In this document: positions 1 through 9,286 of the stretch, piece by piece
Numbering within the stretch: position 1 is the stretch's first letter
Layout: each line of letters begins with the position of its first letter
Source of the DNA: Comamonadaceae bacterium
GTDB taxonomy: Bacteria; Pseudomonadota; Gammaproteobacteria; Burkholderiales; Burkholderiaceae_C
Assembly: GCA_027488115.1 (NCBI GenBank)
Contig: JAIYCG010000048.1
Location: 84,763 to 116,762, forward strand
DNA length: 32,000 nt
Direction of reading: 5' to 3'
Program-made: the position numbers and the translations under genes
Notes under the pieces: model-generated
What the model was told of the DNA's origin: nothing
Database searches by the model: none
The model's input: only the letters and a program-made list of their open reading frames with translations

Positions 1-2
1 CT

Positions 3-1796
3 GTGGCAACAGAGCGGATGGCCATGGAGGCAGAGTCTACTGTCAATGCCACGCAAGCAGCAGCTTACAGAAGCTTGGCATTGCTTAACCTGAAAAGCGA
101 GAAAGCTTCAAGTTCAGCGGATGTCATGATGGGTCAGCAATTGGCTTCCATGTTGCAATTGATTCAAGAGATTCAAGACTCACCAGATGAAGGTTTGCGT
201 GGCCTGTTTAAGCCCATGAAAGCCTATGAAACCGCTCTGCGTGACGCCTATGACGCCGCCAGTTCAGACACCAACCTAGGTGCCATGATGATGCAAAATG
301 TAGACAAGGCCTTTGACGATTTAAATGAAAAACTGAACAAATTTGAAGCAGCCAGCCGTATTACCGCTAGCAATGCACAAAATGAATTAAACCATCGCAT
401 TAACTTTTTCCAGCAAGTTCAAATGGCATCACTTATGTTGGCTGTGATATTGGGCTTGTTGCTGGCTTACTTTGCAGGACAAAAAATTGCGAATCCCCTG
501 CGAGAAATGCAATTGCAAATCACTGCCATTGAAACCAGTGCTGATTTTTCACAGCGCATCAAGATCCAAAGCCATGACGAAGTCGGCAAAGCCTCGACCT
601 CTTTAAACAGCTTGCTTGAATCATTGCAACGAGCAGTGCAAGAAGTCAATGCCGTGGTGGGCTCGGTGTCGGCAGGCGACTTTAGTCGTCGTGTAGACGC
701 GCCCTTAAAGGGCGATATGGCGGTCATGAAAAAAGCTGTCAATGATTCTGCAGAGAGCATCATGCTAACCATGAATGGCTTGAATGAATTGATGCAGGCC
801 TTGCAGAAAGGTGAGTTTGCCAAACGCGTCAATCTGAAAGTCTCTGGTGAATTTCAACGAGCCCTGACCCAAGCAACAGATGCCATGTATGCACTGAACA
901 GCATGATGAGCGATGTTGGCACGGTGATACAAGGTGTATCCCAAGGCAATTTGAGTTCAAGGGTTCATGCTCAAGGGCATGGTGATTTGCTCACACTCAA
1001 AACAAACATCAATTTATCACTGGATTCATTGAGTGCCTCCATGCGCTTGATCAATCAAAATGCGCGCCAAGTTGCAACAGCTTCCGCTGAGTCCAGCCAG
1101 GCCATCGGTCAGATTTCTGATGGCGCCATGAACCAAACACACGCCATCAGCCAAGTGGCCGCTGCTGTCAGGCAAACAGCGACGTCTGTGACGGATGTGT
1201 CAAGAAATACCGAAGTTGCCAGCCAAAAATCGAAAGAATCTGTTCACTTGGTTCGCGATGGCATTCGCAAAATGAATCACATGGTGGATGTTGTGAACAG
1301 TATTGCTGCCAATTCAGCAAAAATTAACAAGATCACGGAAGTCATTGAAAAGATTGCAAACAAGACCAACTTGCTGTCGCTGAACGCTGCCATTGAAGCA
1401 GCGCGAGCAGGCGAACACGGCAAGGGTTTTGCAGTGGTTGCTGATGAGGTTGGCAAATTGGCCGTCAACAGTGCCGAGAGTTCTCAAGAAATTGCGCAAT
1501 TGGTGCAAAAAGCTGTCGAAGACACTCGACAAGCGGTCGCCGCAGTTCACGAGGTCAGTGCCGACATGGCTCGGATTGAGAGCGGCTCACAAGAAACCGA
1601 TGACATGTTGCAACGCATTGCGTCGGCGCTCGAGCAACAAAGCAGCGCCGTTGAGGAAATCAATGCCAACTTAAGCAGTGTTGACAACATTGCTCGCAGC
1701 AATTCTGCGGCCTCTGAACAAATTACAGCCACTGTGATGGAGTTGTCTAAAATTGCCGATTCGACTCACCGTGAAGTAGAAAAATTCAGACTTTGA
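3..1796 (+). CDS. methyl-accepting chemotaxis protein (N-terminus outside window), TM + poly-HAMP + MCP signalling domain
   Basis: ORF is open from the window edge. It has the MCP hairpin-tip motif [34 protein letters not shown] and one TM segment ([19 protein letters not shown]). Several HAMP-like units follow (GDFSRRV, GEFAKRV, GNLSSRV). Confidence 0.9.
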   Translation: MATERMAMEAESTVNATQAAAYRSLALLNLKSEKASSSADVMMGQQLASMLQLIQEIQDSPDEGLRGLFKPMKAYETALRDAYDAASSDTNLGAMMMQNVDKAFDDLNEKLNKFEAASRITASNAQNELNHRINFFQQVQMASLMLAVILGLLLAYFAGQKIANPLREMQLQITAIETSADFSQRIKIQSHDEVGKASTSLNSLLESLQRAVQEVNAVVGSVSAGDFSRRVDAPLKGDMAVMKKAVNDSAESIMLTMNGLNELMQALQKGEFAKRVNLKVSGEFQRALTQATDAMYALNSMMSDVGTVIQGVSQGNLSSRVHAQGHGDLLTLKTNINLSLDSLSASMRLINQNARQVATASAESSQAIGQISDGAMNQTHAISQVAAAVRQTATSVTDVSRNTEVASQKSKESVHLVRDGIRKMNHMVDVVNSIAANSAKINKITEVIEKIANKTNLLSLNAAIEAARAGEHGKGFAVVADEVGKLAVNSAESSQEIAQLVQKAVEDTRQAVAAVHEVSADMARIESGSQETDDMLQRIASALEQQSSAVEEINANLSSVDNIARSNSAASEQITATVMELSKIADSTHREVEKFRL

Positions 1797-1797
1797 T

Positions 1798-2631
1798 GTG
1801 TCCATGGATCTGACATATTTAGAAACCACACTGCAAAATCTAAGAAAAAAATGGCCTAAGGACTGGCCAGGGTTGGCAGTCGTTCTCAACAGTTCATTGC
1901 AAAAACTAGGCTTCGATGACCGTATCAAGTTGCCGGCAAGAGATCAGGCCATTCATGACTGTATTTTCTCGGTCATCGAAGCCATTGAAAAAGATGGCCG
2001 TCAGCGCGCAAAGCTCAAACTTGAGCCCAGATACCACAACCGACTTCACTTTGCCGACACTGTTGTGGCACTGACAGTGATGCTGGTGAACTTGCGAAAA
2101 GTTTCTGCTCGACCCCAAAGTGAACAACTCAGTCATGAAGAATGGTTAGCGCTGTTAATCATGGTCAGCCATGATTTTTTGCACAACGGTCAAATCAACC
2201 GGTTCCGTTCTGAGATTGAGGCTGTCACGGTCAAGGCCCTCGCCCCTTACATGAAAAAACACAAGGTAAGCGCCACTGATCAGGCGCTGGTCAATGACAT
2301 CATTTTGAAAACAGACCCGGCCTACGTTGCCGAATCTCATCAGCAAATTCAAGGCTTGCCTTTTGATTTGGCTGACCACCGCTGTCTTTTGGTTTTAATT
2401 CAAGAGTGTGATATTTTGGCAAGCTCACTGCCCGATACTGGCAAGACCCTGACACAACAGCTTTCGGAGGAATGGGCCGATGTAGCGCCGGACAAGTCTT
2501 TGGCGCTGTTGCCACCTGCAGGCAGAATTTTTTTCCTAAAGCGCATGGCTTTGTTTTCAAGTCCTGCCAGCCACGCCATAGGCATTCAACACAACATTGC
2601 CCGCCAACTGGCTGACATTGAATTGATCTGA
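1798..2631 (+). CDS. class I-like (eukaryote-type) cyclic-nucleotide phosphodiesterase catalytic-domain protein
   Basis: 277-aa ORF. Its start (GTG 1798 or ATG 1804) lies 1-7 nt after the MCP stop at 1794-1796. Motifs RYHNRLHFADTV, SHDFLHNGQINRF, ILKTDPA and ECDILASS occur in the order and spacing of PDEase_I metal-site motifs (YHNxxHAxDV, HDxxHxGxxNxF, LATD, CADLSNP). Motif recognition only. Confidence 0.7.
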   Translation: MSMDLTYLETTLQNLRKKWPKDWPGLAVVLNSSLQKLGFDDRIKLPARDQAIHDCIFSVIEAIEKDGRQRAKLKLEPRYHNRLHFADTVVALTVMLVNLRKVSARPQSEQLSHEEWLALLIMVSHDFLHNGQINRFRSEIEAVTVKALAPYMKKHKVSATDQALVNDIILKTDPAYVAESHQQIQGLPFDLADHRCLLVLIQECDILASSLPDTGKTLTQQLSEEWADVAPDKSLALLPPAGRIFFLKRMALFSSPASHAIGIQHNIARQLADIELI

Positions 2632-2675
2632 TTCATTTCGATCTCACCTGGCTCACACAGTTGCTACGCTGCGGC

Positions 2676-3518
2676 TTACTGAATCGCTTGAATTTCTTGG
2701 TCGATGGCGGCTTGGATACCCAACGCCTTGGACGCTGGTGAGGAGAACGTGATGATTTTCAGAAACCCCTTGCGACCCGCTGGCGTTGCAACCGTTTTGT
2801 GCGCTACAAAATCAATTTTTTTCCATTCACTGGCTAAGGCTTCACCCATGCCAACTCCAAAGTTGGTAGAGGCGCTGGCCATGACATCGGATTCGTTCAA
2901 AAACACAATGAGCCATTTCAAATCCCATTCAAAAACAGCATTTTTCACAGCCAAGTGATTTTGGGAAACGAGGGCAAAGTCCGATTGAAGAATGCATCGC
3001 TCTACCCATTCGCGCCAGACGCCTTCAACACCACATTCATCCATGATGGGGCGCAACAACTTAACGGAGTAGCTTTCTAGCTCTGACTCAAATTGGTTGA
3101 CACGCCCGTTGTGTCCAAAATCATGGGCTATGCAAGCGAGCAACGCGCAGGCACTCCACTCTGCATTGAAATCTTGGTTCAGTTGCGATTGAATGGCAAT
3201 TTGAACACTGACTGTGGTGATGGCATCTGCAAAGTGCAAGCGGTTGTGATAAAGGGGTTCTGTCTGAAAAATGTCGTTGGCAAAGGACGCTTCAATTTCG
3301 TGGGCCACACGTTCTGCAGCCTTCAGCATCTGCTGTGCAGGCAGTGAGTCTTGATTGCGATCTAAACCAAGGTACCTCACACACTCTTTGAGCACCCAAG
3401 GCAAACCAACCCACTCTCCTTGCCACGAGACCCGCAAAGCAGTGTATGAATTTTCCAAACACTGCATCCAACTCTTTTCATCGCGAATTAAATAGCCAAG
3501 CATAGGAGCAGTCTGCAT
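2676..3518 (-). CDS. class I-like cyclic-nucleotide phosphodiesterase catalytic-domain protein (paralogue)
   Basis: 280-aa ORF with ATG at 3518 and a GAAGGA Shine-Dalgarno about 9 nt upstream. Motifs LYHNRLHFADAI, AHDFGHNGRVNQF, ILQSDFA and ESDVMASA are present. YHN-to-HD spacing is 41 residues versus 40 in mammalian PDE4 as I recall it. Confidence 0.7.
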   Translation of the reverse strand: MQTAPMLGYLIRDEKSWMQCLENSYTALRVSWQGEWVGLPWVLKECVRYLGLDRNQDSLPAQQMLKAAERVAHEIEASFANDIFQTEPLYHNRLHFADAITTVSVQIAIQSQLNQDFNAEWSACALLACIAHDFGHNGRVNQFESELESYSVKLLRPIMDECGVEGVWREWVERCILQSDFALVSQNHLAVKNAVFEWDLKWLIVFLNESDVMASASTNFGVGMGEALASEWKKIDFVAHKTVATPAGRKGFLKIITFSSPASKALGIQAAIDQEIQAIQ

Positions 3519-3585
3519 GAAGCTGGTCCTTCTATGGCGTCAGACGCAATGAAATAAGAAAATTTTTCACGGAAATGTGATCTTC

Positions 3586-3933
3586 TTATTTGCTGTATTT
3601 GATGGCATTGGCCATGGCTTGTTGAAGCAAGAGTCCCTCCATGATGACAACCAGCAATGGCGAATAACTGATAAGCAATTCTCTGGCTTGATCGTTGCCA
3701 ATGACCTTGCAGACCGCGTCGGTCTTGGCCCTGATCGATGCAGCTCGTATGCCGCCTTTTAAAATGGCAGCTTCACCAAACGACTGCCCTTCAGGAATCA
3801 CAGCAAATGCATCACCCGATGCGCTGACCAACTCAACGCTACCCTGTTGCAAAAAATACAGGTGTGTTGCTTGGTCACCTACTTTGCAAATGAATTGACC
3901 CGCTTCAAATGTCTCTGTTTTGAAATCGCTCAA
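3586..3933 (-). CDS. stand-alone cyclic-nucleotide-binding (CAP/PKA-type) domain protein, 115 aa
   Basis: TTG start at 3933 with AGAGGTG Shine-Dalgarno 6 nt upstream. The sequence FEAGQFICKVGDQATHLYFLQQGSVELV...GQSFGEAAILKGGIRAASIRAKTDAV is a canonical cNMP-binding beta-barrel with phosphate-binding cassette (FGE...RAA). No other domain is present. Confidence 0.75.
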   Translation of the reverse strand: MSDFKTETFEAGQFICKVGDQATHLYFLQQGSVELVSASGDAFAVIPEGQSFGEAAILKGGIRAASIRAKTDAVCKVIGNDQARELLISYSPLLVVIMEGLLLQQAMANAIKYSK

Positions 3934-3943
3934 GTTACACCTC

Positions 3944-4411
3944 TTATGGAGTCAGAATGCGCTTGATGATGGTGGCCAAAATGGCCCTCACCTCTGATGG
4001 AAGCACGTTGATGATGGAGTCCACTTTATGGAAATCAATGATCTTGAGTTGTATGGAGGTAGCAGCAACCGCTGTGTAACGTGAAGGCAAACCCACCATG
4101 CCTTCAGACAAACCCAGAACCGCACCTGGCCCAACGGTGTAAGTTTTGTTTTTGTGCGTAATTTGAACCTCACCACTCACAATGAAAAAACCTTCCTCGA
4201 ATTGCTCACCGGCTCGGATTAACACCTTGTGTGGCAAGAACATGGTTGCATTGAGCAGGGGGGTGCTAAGCATCGCCACATAGAGCCGCTCCTCGCCTTT
4301 GAACTGTCCAGATTGGATGGCCTGCATCCCCTCTTGAGAGTTCAAAAAGTTGACTCCCAATTTGTTTAATTTTTCGTTATCAACTGCAAAAACTGGTCCG
4401 TTGCTTGACAT
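3944..4411 (-). CDS. stand-alone cyclic-nucleotide-binding domain protein, 155 aa
   Basis: The segment LIRAGEQFEEGFFIVSGEVQI...GPGAVLGLSEGMVGLPSRYTAVAATS fits the cNMP-binding fold with a slightly diverged phosphate-binding cassette (LSE...RYTA). It sits 10 nt upstream of the 115-aa CNB gene on the same strand, so an operon is likely. Confidence 0.65.
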   Translation of the reverse strand: MSSNGPVFAVDNEKLNKLGVNFLNSQEGMQAIQSGQFKGEERLYVAMLSTPLLNATMFLPHKVLIRAGEQFEEGFFIVSGEVQITHKNKTYTVGPGAVLGLSEGMVGLPSRYTAVAATSIQLKIIDFHKVDSIINVLPSEVRAILATIIKRILTP

Positions 4412-4663
4412 TCATAAACCTTTGGTAATAACTGAGCCTGAGGCTGCGTCCTTGTCTGCGACATTTTCGACAATTCTAATCGTTGAATTTATATTCCTGG
4501 AGGATGCAGATTGATTTATGTATGGCATTAAAATCCAAGCTTCTCTGCAGGTTGACATTGAGCACTCCCCCCCCACACCTTCAACCTATTCCACGCTGGA
4601 TTTGGTTTCTGTTTTTAGGTTGGTTGGTTTACACCTTCGCTGCCATGGGTTGGTATTTCGTCA

Positions 4664-6553
4664 ATGACCCTGTTTTCATGGGCAGTTTTTGCAGGTCACC
4701 CTAAAATGAGCTTGAGCGTTCAACATCCCGGTTCCAATCACGAAGATGAAATCTTGCAGCCACAACGCGCTGCAGCAGACAGAGTCATGCTGAGCATGAT
4801 GGTTTTCCTGTTGTTGGTTTGCTTTGTATGCGCCTACTTCACCAGCACCTGGACATTGACTGCAGCCATTGGACTGCCATCTCTGTTGGTGCCATGGGCC
4901 ATTTACAAAAGCGCTCCAGGATCTTTGGCTTCAAGAATAGCCATTGCCTGTGCCTTGATGGTTTTTTCAGCGCTCAACATTCAACAAAGCCAGGGAATGA
5001 TAGAGAGTCATTTTGGCATCTTCACACTGCTTGCTTTTTTACTCTACTACCGAGATTGGCGCACCATTGTGGCTGCGGCCGGTCTGATTGCAGTTCATCA
5101 TTTGTTGTTTGGTTATTTACAAGCACAGCAAATGGCGGGCATCACTGTCATTGAAGGGCAAGTTCACATTGGCACCATCGTTTTGCATGCTGCCTATGTT
5201 GTTTTTGAAGCGGCCGTTTTAATCTTCATGGCCACTATTTTGCGCAGAGAAGCTGTTGAGTCTGCATTGGTTGCAGAACTTTCTAGTCAAATCAGCCATG
5301 GCGATTTTTCAGTTCGAGGCAAACCTGTCAATGCCGCCGAATCACCGCTCCTGTTCAAAGTATCGCAAATGCAACAATCATTGCAGTCCACGCTACAAGA
5401 CATTGTGAGCGTCATGACCGCCGTTGCCCAAGGTCACCTTGATCGGCGCGTGACGGTAGCTGCCAAAGGCGATTTGGGCGCCCTGAAAGAAAACATCAAT
5501 CAAAGCATACAAGTTCAGCAATCTGTGTTCCAAGATATCACCCACGTCATGCAAGGTGTGGCCAACGGCAACTTTACACTGCGTGTGACTGCTGAGGCCA
5601 AAGGTGAGCTGAACATATTGAAGCAAAATATCAATCAAAGCATGGCGGCCCAGCAAACAGTATTCCAAGACATCACGCATGTGATGCAGGGTGTTTCACA
5701 AGGCAATTTGCAAAGACGAGTCGTTGCACAAGCCCTGGGCGAACTCGACCAACTTAAACAAAATATCAATCAATCCTTGGATGAGCTGCGAAATGCCATG
5801 ACCACCATTCACGGCAACGCAAGGCAAGTGGCTGCGGCATCAGGAGAGGCCTCCAATGCCATTGGACAAATTTCCGATGGTGCCCGTTCACAAACCGATG
5901 CCATCAGCCAAGTCTCTAATGCTGTTCGACAAACAGTCACTTCGGTTTCTGAAGTTTCGCAAAATACCGAGTTGGCAAGTCAGAAATCTCGTCAGTCATT
6001 TGTTTTGGTTCGCGCCAGCATGGCCAAAATGGACGAAATGGTCAAAGTCGTTAACAACATTGCTTCCAACTCAGAAAAGATCAACAAGATCACCGATGTC
6101 ATTGAAAAAATTGCCAACAAAACCAACCTGTTGTCTTTGAATGCGGCCATCGAGGCAGCACGTGCTGGCGAACATGGCAAAGGCTTTGCGGTAGTTGCCG
6201 ACGAAGTGGGCAAGTTGGCTTTGAACAGCGCGGAGAGTTCACAAGAAATTGCCATTTTGGTTCAGCAAGCTGTCGAAGAAGCTCGCAGTGCCGTGACTGC
6301 AGTTGGAGATGTCAGCAAAGACATGTTGGGCATCGAACGTGAAACCCAAGCTACCGATGAAATGCTGCAACGCATTGCAGCTTCACTAGAAGCCCAAGGT
6401 ACAGCCGTAGAGCAAATAAACTCTAACTTGAACAATTTAGATCAAATTGCACAAAGCAACGCTGCCGCATCTGAGGAAATTGCAGCCACTGTTGTTGAAC
6501 TTTCTAAAATTGCAGATGCAACCCAACGCGAAGTGCAACGATTCCAAACCTGA
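4664..6553 (+). CDS. methyl-accepting chemotaxis protein with polytopic His-rich N-terminal membrane domain and tandem HAMP units
   Basis: MCP tip motif [34 protein letters not shown] is present. About 200 aa of N-terminal transmembrane segments precede three 45-aa HAMP-like repeats. ATG 4706 (MSLSVQ...) is an alternative start; neither start has a clear SD. Confidence 0.9.
   Translation: MTLFSWAVFAGHPKMSLSVQHPGSNHEDEILQPQRAAADRVMLSMMVFLLLVCFVCAYFTSTWTLTAAIGLPSLLVPWAIYKSAPGSLASRIAIACALMVFSALNIQQSQGMIESHFGIFTLLAFLLYYRDWRTIVAAAGLIAVHHLLFGYLQAQQMAGITVIEGQVHIGTIVLHAAYVVFEAAVLIFMATILRREAVESALVAELSSQISHGDFSVRGKPVNAAESPLLFKVSQMQQSLQSTLQDIVSVMTAVAQGHLDRRVTVAAKGDLGALKENINQSIQVQQSVFQDITHVMQGVANGNFTLRVTAEAKGELNILKQNINQSMAAQQTVFQDITHVMQGVSQGNLQRRVVAQALGELDQLKQNINQSLDELRNAMTTIHGNARQVAAASGEASNAIGQISDGARSQTDAISQVSNAVRQTVTSVSEVSQNTELASQKSRQSFVLVRASMAKMDEMVKVVNNIASNSEKINKITDVIEKIANKTNLLSLNAAIEAARAGEHGKGFAVVADEVGKLALNSAESSQEIAILVQQAVEEARSAVTAVGDVSKDMLGIERETQATDEMLQRIAASLEAQGTAVEQINSNLNNLDQIAQSNAAASEEIAATVVELSKIADATQREVQRFQT
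5390..5800 (+). repeat. three in-frame tandem 135-nt (45-aa) HAMP-like units inside the MCP gene
   Basis: The QD(I)(V/T) anchor codons recur at 5396, 5531 and 5666, an exact 135-nt period. Units 2 and 3 share [12 protein letters not shown] and LKQNINQS. Confidence 0.8.
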
Positions 6554-6592
6554 TGACCAACGGACACACCCATATCCGTTAGGGCTTTGACA

Positions 6593-8566
6593 TTAGATCT
6601 TGAACTTTTCAACCTCGTTGCGAGTGGCATCGGCCACACGAGAGAGTTCCATGACAGTTGCCATGATTTCATCTGATGCGGAGGCATTGTTGTCTGCAAT
6701 TTTGTCCAAGCTGCCTACGTTGGCATTGATCTCCTCAACGGCTGCGCTTTGTTGCTCCATGGCAGCCGAGATGCGATCTAGCATGCCATCGGTTGCATTG
6801 GCACTGACCTCGATGTTGCGCATGTCCTCGGCAACTTGCCTCACGGTTTCCACGGCTCGAGCTGACTCAGTAGCAGCTTCATGAACCAACAGTGTAATTT
6901 GTTGGGCACTTTCAGCGCTGCTGCTGGCCAACTTACCAACCTCTTCGGCTACCACAGAGAAGCCCTTGCCATGTTCACCTGCTCTGGCTGCCTCAATGGC
7001 TGCATTCAATGACAAAAGATTTGTTTTGTTCGCAATGCTTTCAATCACTTCGGTAATTTTGTTGATCTTTTGAGAGTTGGCTGCAATGCTGTTGACCACC
7101 TCAATCATGATGCCCATTTTGCTTTGACCACTCTTCACCAAATCAATGGACGCGCGAGACTTGATGCTGGCTTCTGCCGTGTTTCGGGCAACATCCATCA
7201 CGGCCGCTGTGGTTTGCGTGAGCGCAGCCAAAACCTGCCTCATGGCAAGTTTTTGGTTTTGCGCACCGTCGGAAATTTGTCCTATTGCCGTTGTAAATTC
7301 GTTTGCAGCAGTGGCAACCTGGCGTGTATTCAAATGAATCGCTTTCATGCTGCCCGCCAAAGCGTACAAAGACGTGTTGAGGTTTTCTTTGAGGACAGCA
7401 AGTTCGCCGCGTCCTTCTCCTTCAACACGAACGGTTAAATTGCTTTGAGAAACACTTTGCATCACGTTGCCAATTTCCCCCAACATTCTTTGCAAAGCGC
7501 TCATGGCCATAGTAGCTTGGTCTAGGGCCTGCTTGAACTCGCCTTTGCCTTGCGCATTGGACTGCACATCAAATTGGCCGTTGTACAAGGCCAACATGAC
7601 TTTGTTCAAACCGCGCATGGTGGTTTGAATGCCGTCTGCGCTTTCATTGACGGCGCTCTTCATGCGCAACAAGTCGCCCTTTAGATCTGAGTGAACACGA
7701 CCCGAGAAATCACCCTCAGCCATTTTCACTGCGACTGAACTGACCTCTGAAATGGCCTTGTCTTGAGCATCCAACATGGCATTGAATGATTTGGCCATCA
7801 AGCCAATTTCATCACCTGATTGAATCAGCACACGTTGCTTGAAATTACCTTTGGATTCAATATCCTCAATGGCAGATTGCAACTGACCAACGGGTTTGAC
7901 AATGGTGCTTGTAACCCAGTAACTGACATAGGCACCTAGCAACAAACCTATGCCCCCCCCAAGCAACAAGGCATTGCGCGATTGGGTGCTGCCATGAACT
8001 ATGGCGTCGGCCATGGCATTGGCTTCGTCCACTTGCTCTTGCCTTAATTCATTCAGTACATCACCCAAAGCACTGCTGCGTTTGTCGAAGTCTTCCATCA
8101 GAACATTGCCAGCTTCAATGCCTTTGCTGATGTAAATCTCGGTCATTTTTTTACCGAGGTCATAGAATGCATCGAAGTTTTGATCGATTTCTGCCAATTT
8201 TTTCAACGCGACAGCATCTTGTTCACTTTCAAACATGGCGCGGAATTTGGCAATATTTTTCTTGAAGTCTTGGGCGTACTTATCAGCTTCACCAAAACTG
8301 TCGCGATTGTGAGTGGCTGCAGCATCTTGCAAAAATTGCTGGACCTGTACGACATCCAAAACCATTTGATCAGCTGTCAAAGCAAAGGGCAAGCTTTCCC
8401 GCTGAATTTGCTGCGCAGCCTGAAGGGCCTCTTTTTGAAAATACAAAACAACCGACATTGCGGCCAAAAAAACGCAAATCACAAGGCCAAAGCCTGCAGT
8501 GAGGCGTGAACCTATTTTGAGATTGCTCAGCAATTTAGAACATCCATTTGAAGCCAAGTGTGACAA
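6593..8566 (-). CDS. methyl-accepting chemotaxis protein (TM, periplasmic helical sensor, TM, poly-HAMP, MCP domain)
   Basis: Tip motif [34 protein letters not shown] and two TM segments ([38 protein letters not shown]) are present. The annotated start overlaps the upstream OMP gene by 32 nt, so the true start may lie a few codons downstream (TTG/CTG). Confidence 0.9.
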   Translation of the reverse strand: MSHLASNGCSKLLSNLKIGSRLTAGFGLVICVFLAAMSVVLYFQKEALQAAQQIQRESLPFALTADQMVLDVVQVQQFLQDAAATHNRDSFGEADKYAQDFKKNIAKFRAMFESEQDAVALKKLAEIDQNFDAFYDLGKKMTEIYISKGIEAGNVLMEDFDKRSSALGDVLNELRQEQVDEANAMADAIVHGSTQSRNALLLGGGIGLLLGAYVSYWVTSTIVKPVGQLQSAIEDIESKGNFKQRVLIQSGDEIGLMAKSFNAMLDAQDKAISEVSSVAVKMAEGDFSGRVHSDLKGDLLRMKSAVNESADGIQTTMRGLNKVMLALYNGQFDVQSNAQGKGEFKQALDQATMAMSALQRMLGEIGNVMQSVSQSNLTVRVEGEGRGELAVLKENLNTSLYALAGSMKAIHLNTRQVATAANEFTTAIGQISDGAQNQKLAMRQVLAALTQTTAAVMDVARNTAEASIKSRASIDLVKSGQSKMGIMIEVVNSIAANSQKINKITEVIESIANKTNLLSLNAAIEAARAGEHGKGFSVVAEEVGKLASSSAESAQQITLLVHEAATESARAVETVRQVAEDMRNIEVSANATDGMLDRISAAMEQQSAAVEEINANVGSLDKIADNNASASDEIMATVMELSRVADATRNEVEKFKI

Positions 8567-9194
8567 TGTTTTGTTTGTTTGTGCGGCCTACACTGGTGTC
8601 CAACTGCAGGTCGTCCATGACGTTGAAACGAAAGCCAGTGGCAACAGTAGGTTTCTCGTGTTCCAAGCCGAATTTTTCAATGTGAACAGTCACAGGACCG
8701 TAGGCACGTTCCCAAGCCACGCCCCATGTACGCACTCTTTTTGAACTGGAAACGTTAAGCGCACCCACATTGGTATGCAAGCTACCCAACGTGGCGTTAT
8801 TACAAGTAAACAGGCCATTGATGTACGGCTTGGATGACTCGCCATCTGTTTGGGCATAACCCGCCACAGTGCCAAAATTGCAAGCGTTTTCTTGGGTAGG
8901 CGTGATTCTAAATTTGACCTGGATGTTTTGAGTTTGAATGCCCGTCCTTTGCTCGCGGGCAATTCCGGCACTCAGTTCTAGGTTGTCTACTGGGGCATAG
9001 GCTGGTGCAATCGTCCAAGAACGAACACCGCTTGGTGACCTGGTCCACCAGGCTTCTACATGCCCATCACCCGTGTCATTGACGTTGGCATCGTCAACTG
9101 TCAGCGGCCGACCTGCAAAGCTTGAGGTACTGACGAAGAGCGCCATCAAGACAACAAACGCAAAAGAGATGGGGGATAAAGATTTTGAGAACAC
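8535..9194 (-). CDS. outer-membrane beta-barrel protein (phenol-degradation MetA-like family?)
   Basis: It has a signal peptide ([18 protein letters not shown]) followed by GRPLTVDDA. Alternating beta-strand patterning runs through the protein, with a C-terminal aromatic residue (GFKWMF). GTG start with no clear SD. Confidence 0.55.
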   Translation of the reverse strand: MFSKSLSPISFAFVVLMALFVSTSSFAGRPLTVDDANVNDTGDGHVEAWWTRSPSGVRSWTIAPAYAPVDNLELSAGIAREQRTGIQTQNIQVKFRITPTQENACNFGTVAGYAQTDGESSKPYINGLFTCNNATLGSLHTNVGALNVSSSKRVRTWGVAWERAYGPVTVHIEKFGLEHEKPTVATGFRFNVMDDLQLDTSVGRTNKQNIVTLGFKWMF

Positions 9195-9286
9195 GGGAAG
9201 AAAAAATTAATTGCAATATTTAGAGATTAACGCAATTTCAAATGGATTTTGAAACTTTGGCTAGATTTTGGAGTTAGCCGAGCGCT

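Noticed and set aside
467-1928. Several minus-strand and off-frame ORFs (61-121 aa) within the first MCP gene (467-832, 1277-1468, 1314-1550, 1393-1674, 1547-1732, 1671-1928).
   Set aside because: All lie fully inside or antisense to a gene with unmistakable MCP motifs. Their Ser/Ala/Cys-rich translations are typical shadow ORFs. None has a start context better than the main frame.
3537-3592. Palindrome GCGTCAGACGC (3537-3547) and a TGTGA half-site (3576-3580) between the CNB and PDE genes, considered as a CRP/cNMP-regulator operator.
   Set aside because: The TGTGA lacks a matching TCACA half-site at the canonical 6-nt spacing. The 11-bp palindrome is short and lies inside an operon, so there is insufficient evidence for a regulatory site.
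4483-4704. 73-aa ORF with one hydrophobic segment upstream of the second MCP gene; considered as a small membrane protein or a frameshifted MCP N-terminus.
   Set aside because: No in-frame ATG has a correctly spaced SD: GGAGG abuts ATG 4504 and is 17 nt from ATG 4522. The frame differs from the MCP frame, and no sequence continuity suggests a frameshift.
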